Part shown: in pieces, positions 45,165-48,466 of the stretch | Layout of the letters: each line of letters starts with the position of its first letter | Numbering within the stretch: position 1 is the first letter of the stretch | Origin: Candidatus Eiseniibacteriota bacterium | Lineage (GTDB): Bacteria; Eisenbacteria; RBG-16-71-46 | Length of the DNA: 48,466 nt | NCBI GenBank assembly: GCA_031366795.1 | Contig: JANLOX010000242.1 | Span: 1-48,466, forward strand | Direction: 5' to 3' | Translations under genes and position numbers: made by a program | The notes under the pieces: model-generated | Database searches by the model: none | Told to the model about the DNA's origin: nothing | Seen by the model: only the letters and a program-made list of their open reading frames with translations

Positions 45165-45286
45165 CGCGGTCCTCCATCTCCTCGCGCACGGCCGATAAGG
45201 CCAGTGGCGGTGAGCTCATTTACCGCTAATCCATGCGATTGGTGCGCACCCATCCTTGGATACGCGGTGGTCAATCTTGAGATGCT

Positions 45287-47191
45287 TCAAAGCTTGTGGG
45301 TCCAGCCCGCGCCAACGCTCAACGTCTCCAGATTGAGTGCCGAAACGCGAAACTGCAGCCCTAACGGTAGCACAACCCCTGATCCCACATTCCACTTTTC
45401 AGAGTCGTACTCCACTCGTGCTGCCACCGCCCGCCATGGGGAAACCTCTATTGCGCCGAATCCGCCGTCGAGGACATGAAGGGCTGCCGTGAAGACGCGA
45501 GGAGCATAACCTAAACTGAACCTTGTTTGCATCAATTTTATTTTGAGCGGCATGCCGACCACGGCATAGGTGGAATGGAAGCGCCGGGTCCCGCTCACAT
45601 CCTCGATCCCCAGAGCCAGTCCTGGGCGGCCATTTCGAGGGGTTAGCACCACTAAACGCCCGTTTGCCTGGTGATCCGTATCCGTAGTCAGCGCATTGTC
45701 GGGATCGTTGTCGATAAAGCCTAAATCACCGGGAATTCGTGTAAAACGCACGGTCGCCTCGATCCGTGGCAGCAGCCCGATGGTCATGGCGTAGGTCTGG
45801 TTCACGAAGACGCCGCGGCCGCTGTAGGACCATTTCGCCGGGACATCGGTGTAGGACAGCGAAAACGTCCGCTCCGTCAGGGCGCCCGCCCAGGGGGTAA
45901 AAATAAATCCCGTGACGCCACCCGCATTGACCCACTGGACCTCGCCGGTGTCCCGGGGGGCGGGCGAACGGGTGCCGGCGCGGCTGATCCGGAAGCGGTT
46001 CGCCTCGAGGCCGGTCTCGGAAAGCTGGCGCAGGTAGTCCTCACGCGAGGCGACCCCAGGGACGAGAACGCCCAGTGGCGTGGCGTCCGTGCGGTAGTTC
46101 ACCGACCAGCGTTCGATCGGCTGGACGCGCACGCGTTGCTGGGTGGCGCGCGTCATCGGGGGCACGGGCAGCGTCAGCCGCACGATCTGGACGTTGCGGC
46201 CTTCCGAGCGCTGCAGCGCCAGCGAATACTCGAAATCACCGAACGAGCGGCGGAACTCGAGCTGCGCGCCCTTGTCTCCATAAAGAAAGCGGCCGCCACG
46301 CAGCCGCACCACGGAGTCGTATCGTGGCATCGACCACGAAACGCCGCCGAATCCGCTCACCGTCGTGGCGGACGAGTACTTGAGCCCGGCATTCTCGAAG
46401 GCGACGAAACCCGTCACATCGACCTGCGCATCGGCGAGGAAGCGGCCGCCATCAAACGGCCGCGCGGCGCCGACGGAACCGCCATAGCGGTTATCGCCGA
46501 GCAGGCCCACGGTGCCCGAAACCAGCGCTCCGCGGGGGATCCACTTGAATTGTTCGAAGGTGATCACCCCCGGGCGGACGTTCTCGACGTCCGGGTGCTG
46601 GGAGTTGAAGTCGAACTGGTTATAAAGAGGGATGCGCACCGACGCCGTGATGCGGGCGCCCGGCCAGGCGTTCCAGCGGACCATCGGCTCGGCCTGAATT
46701 TGAAGTTGGATCGGGGCGGTGACGCGGCCCAGTTCGTAGCTGAAATTGGGGCGAAGCAGGAAGTCCACCGAGCGACGCGTAGGCTGCTGCGCTGGCCCCG
46801 AGGGATCGCGCGGGAAGTCCGCATCGATCGGGAAGCGGAGCCGAAAGCGTTCCGCTTCTCCACTGCCCACCCTCGAGATCGCAGCGGTGGACATGCCAAG
46901 ACGCCGCTCGATCACGGTGTAGGGCTGTGCCACGTCGTGATCCAGCCATCCGATTGCATCCAGCATGTGGCGGAAGCGGCGGTTCTCGAACGCCATGACG
47001 GGTGCGCTCGCGGTGGAGTCGGCCGCCACGTTTTCGAGTCCGAGCTTCACCGCTGCAGCGGCGGCAGCGGACGGCGAAGCGGTTTGTTCGGCGCGTGCCG
47101 TGGAGCAACTCACGCACGTCACGAGGGCGGTGAACAGCAGGCGCGACAGCCCTGTCAGGCCACGGGTGCTACGTGCAGGGGAAGGGTTCAA
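45287..47191 (-). CDS. YjbH/GfcD-like outer-membrane beta-barrel protein
   Basis: Signal peptide (ARA-E); LGLENV...FENRRFR, GRFLYGDKG...RSFG, GGVTGFIFTPWA, PGLALGIEDVSG and FGAIEV...EYD motifs; alternating beta-strands; TTG start uncertain. Confidence 0.7.
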   Translation of the reverse strand: MNPSPARSTRGLTGLSRLLFTALVTCVSCSTARAEQTASPSAAAAAAVKLGLENVAADSTASAPVMAFENRRFRHMLDAIGWLDHDVAQPYTVIERRLGMSTAAISRVGSGEAERFRLRFPIDADFPRDPSGPAQQPTRRSVDFLLRPNFSYELGRVTAPIQLQIQAEPMVRWNAWPGARITASVRIPLYNQFDFNSQHPDVENVRPGVITFEQFKWIPRGALVSGTVGLLGDNRYGGSVGAARPFDGGRFLADAQVDVTGFVAFENAGLKYSSATTVSGFGGVSWSMPRYDSVVRLRGGRFLYGDKGAQLEFRRSFGDFEYSLALQRSEGRNVQIVRLTLPVPPMTRATQQRVRVQPIERWSVNYRTDATPLGVLVPGVASREDYLRQLSETGLEANRFRISRAGTRSPAPRDTGEVQWVNAGGVTGFIFTPWAGALTERTFSLSYTDVPAKWSYSGRGVFVNQTYAMTIGLLPRIEATVRFTRIPGDLGFIDNDPDNALTTDTDHQANGRLVVLTPRNGRPGLALGIEDVSGTRRFHSTYAVVGMPLKIKLMQTRFSLGYAPRVFTAALHVLDGGFGAIEVSPWRAVAARVEYDSEKWNVGSGVVLPLGLQFRVSALNLETLSVGAGWTHKL

Positions 47192-47451
47192 TCAATGACT
47201 CCAGGGTGGTGAAGCGAAGAGACGAAGCTTATCACACCGCCTGAGGCCCGCCGGACATCCCATGATGGCGCGAAGCATGTGAATCGCGGCGAATGTCATG
47301 CCTTCGCGAAGCGCCACGCAACGTGCAATCTCTTTACGCCGTGGCATTCCAAACGGTAGGCTTTAAGTGCTCGCCGGTGCGCACGCCTGCCGCGGTTCGC
47401 GCCCGGTTGTTCGCTCCTCGTCTGGTCGCATTCCTTGGGAGAGCCCGATCC

Positions 47452-47982
47452 GTGAAGCGAGTCCTGCTGTGCTTGGTTGCATGCCTCCTGGCGACGATGG
47501 CCGTTGCTGTGACGAGTGCGCGCGAGATACCGCGCGTGGGCCTGAACATCCCGGTTCGTGTCGGCCCGCCTGAAGAAACGGGGCCGACCACGCTAGCGAT
47601 GGTCCTGTCGGCCTATGGCGCCGATTCGCTCGTGCTCAAGCGCACCCGCGAGGCCTACAATCCGGTCACCAAGACGAGCTCGCTCGAAGCACTCGAAGCC
47701 GTGGCGAATAAGCTCGGCTACGACGCCCGGATCGCCACGCCGGGCTACGACTCATTGTTGATCATGCTGGGCCAGGGCATCCCGCCGATCCTGTGCATCG
47801 AGCCGGTCGCGGGTAGCCTGGGCAAACAGCGCTTCATGCTGGTGGCCAACGCGGACACGCGCGGGCGCCGCTACCTGACGATGGATGGCCGGCCGTTCGC
47901 CACCTTGCTGTATGCCAAAGTGATCGCGACGGTGTGGAACGCGCGCGATGGCCGCGTGCTGTTGGTGACGCGGCGTAGGTAA
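47452..47982 (+). CDS. Secreted C39-peptidase-like protein lacking catalytic residues
   Basis: Signal peptide; LNIP...ETGPTTLAMVLSAYG, Y.P...SS...L...A..LG, L.QGIPPI and QRFMLV..AD follow the C39-like layout. Confidence 0.6.
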   Translation: MKRVLLCLVACLLATMAVAVTSAREIPRVGLNIPVRVGPPEETGPTTLAMVLSAYGADSLVLKRTREAYNPVTKTSSLEALEAVANKLGYDARIATPGYDSLLIMLGQGIPPILCIEPVAGSLGKQRFMLVANADTRGRRYLTMDGRPFATLLYAKVIATVWNARDGRVLLVTRRR

Positions 47983-48121
47983 ATGGAGTTCTCAATCCGT
48001 TCGCACGCCGCGCCATTGACCGGGGCGTCGCGGGCGATCCCCAGGCTTGATGCCGCAGGGGCGTTGTGCGAGCGTTCCAGCATTCCCGAAGTTTGACCCA
48101 TTCATCCAGAGGACTACCCCG

Positions 48122-48466
48122 ATGAAGTACACCGCACTGTGGAGCGGCACCGCGCTGTTCGCCCTGTTCGCCTCCGGCTGCTACCAGGCGTCGACGACCC
48201 AGAACGCTGCTTCCGCCACCGCCTCCGCAGCGACGCAGAGCTCGCCTCCAGTGAAGGCTGCTGCCGCCCCCGCCAAGGATGCCAAGGCTGCGGAGGCTTC
48301 CGCGGCGGCTGCCAAGGTTGTCGCCCCGGCCACCAACGCCAAGGAAGTGACGCTCGCCGGCGGGCTTAAGTACGTCGACCTCAAGGTGGGTGATGGCGAC
48401 ATCGCCGAGGCCGGACTCACGGCGACGGTGCACTACACGGGCTGGCTCACCGACGGCACGAAGTTC
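48122..48466 (+). CDS. FKBP-type peptidyl-prolyl isomerase lipoprotein, 5' part only; runs off the window
   Basis: Manual translation MKYTALWSGTALFALFASGC...GLKYVDLKVGDG...TVHYTGWLTDGTKF; lipobox ASG-C; Ala-rich linker. Confidence 0.92.
   Translation, partial: MKYTALWSGTALFALFASGCYQASTTQNAASATASAATQSSPPVKAAAAPAKDAKAAEASAAAAKVVAPATNAKEVTLAGGLKYVDLKVGDGDIAEAGLTATVHYTGWLTDGTKF

Overview
GC-rich, gene-dense bacterial chromosomal window made up mostly of housekeeping genes. The lipoproteins, outer-membrane barrel and T9SS/FlgD-type C-terminal sorting domain suggest a diderm of the FCB-related lineages, e.g. Ca. Eisenbacteria-like; this is inference only. From left to right: a partial nucleotide-sugar dehydrogenase; FAH-family hydrolase, amidohydrolase and an orphan ECF sigma factor; uppP and a TerC-family gene, with a ~150-nt rod-shaped structured RNA candidate upstream of TerC; a ~9-kb tightly coupled operon (bshC-bshB1-bshA bacillithiol synthesis, an internally deleted DUF1611/DgcN-like gene, a dipeptide epimerase, an orphan histidine kinase, rsgA, thrC); an SPFH protein, a TIGR01777-like epimerase and a lipoprotein; a 13.3-kb gene for a ~4,440-aa secreted repeat protein (three ~780-aa modules, 26 InlB-B-like repeats, sorting domain) converging on a GT-C-like membrane protein; peptidases, a CoA-transferase, an alpha/beta hydrolase, DUF72, a degenerate GIY-YIG protein, a stand-alone BMC-T shell gene, an ABC-F ATPase and a Gfo/Idh/MocA oxidoreductase; and a right-hand envelope cluster (lipoprotein with palindromic Cys spacing, domain-swapped YjbH-like barrel, catalytically dead C39-like protein, FKBP lipoprotein). 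I found no CRISPR array, rRNA, tRNA, transposase or integrase. All family calls come from motif recognition by eye, not from database searches.
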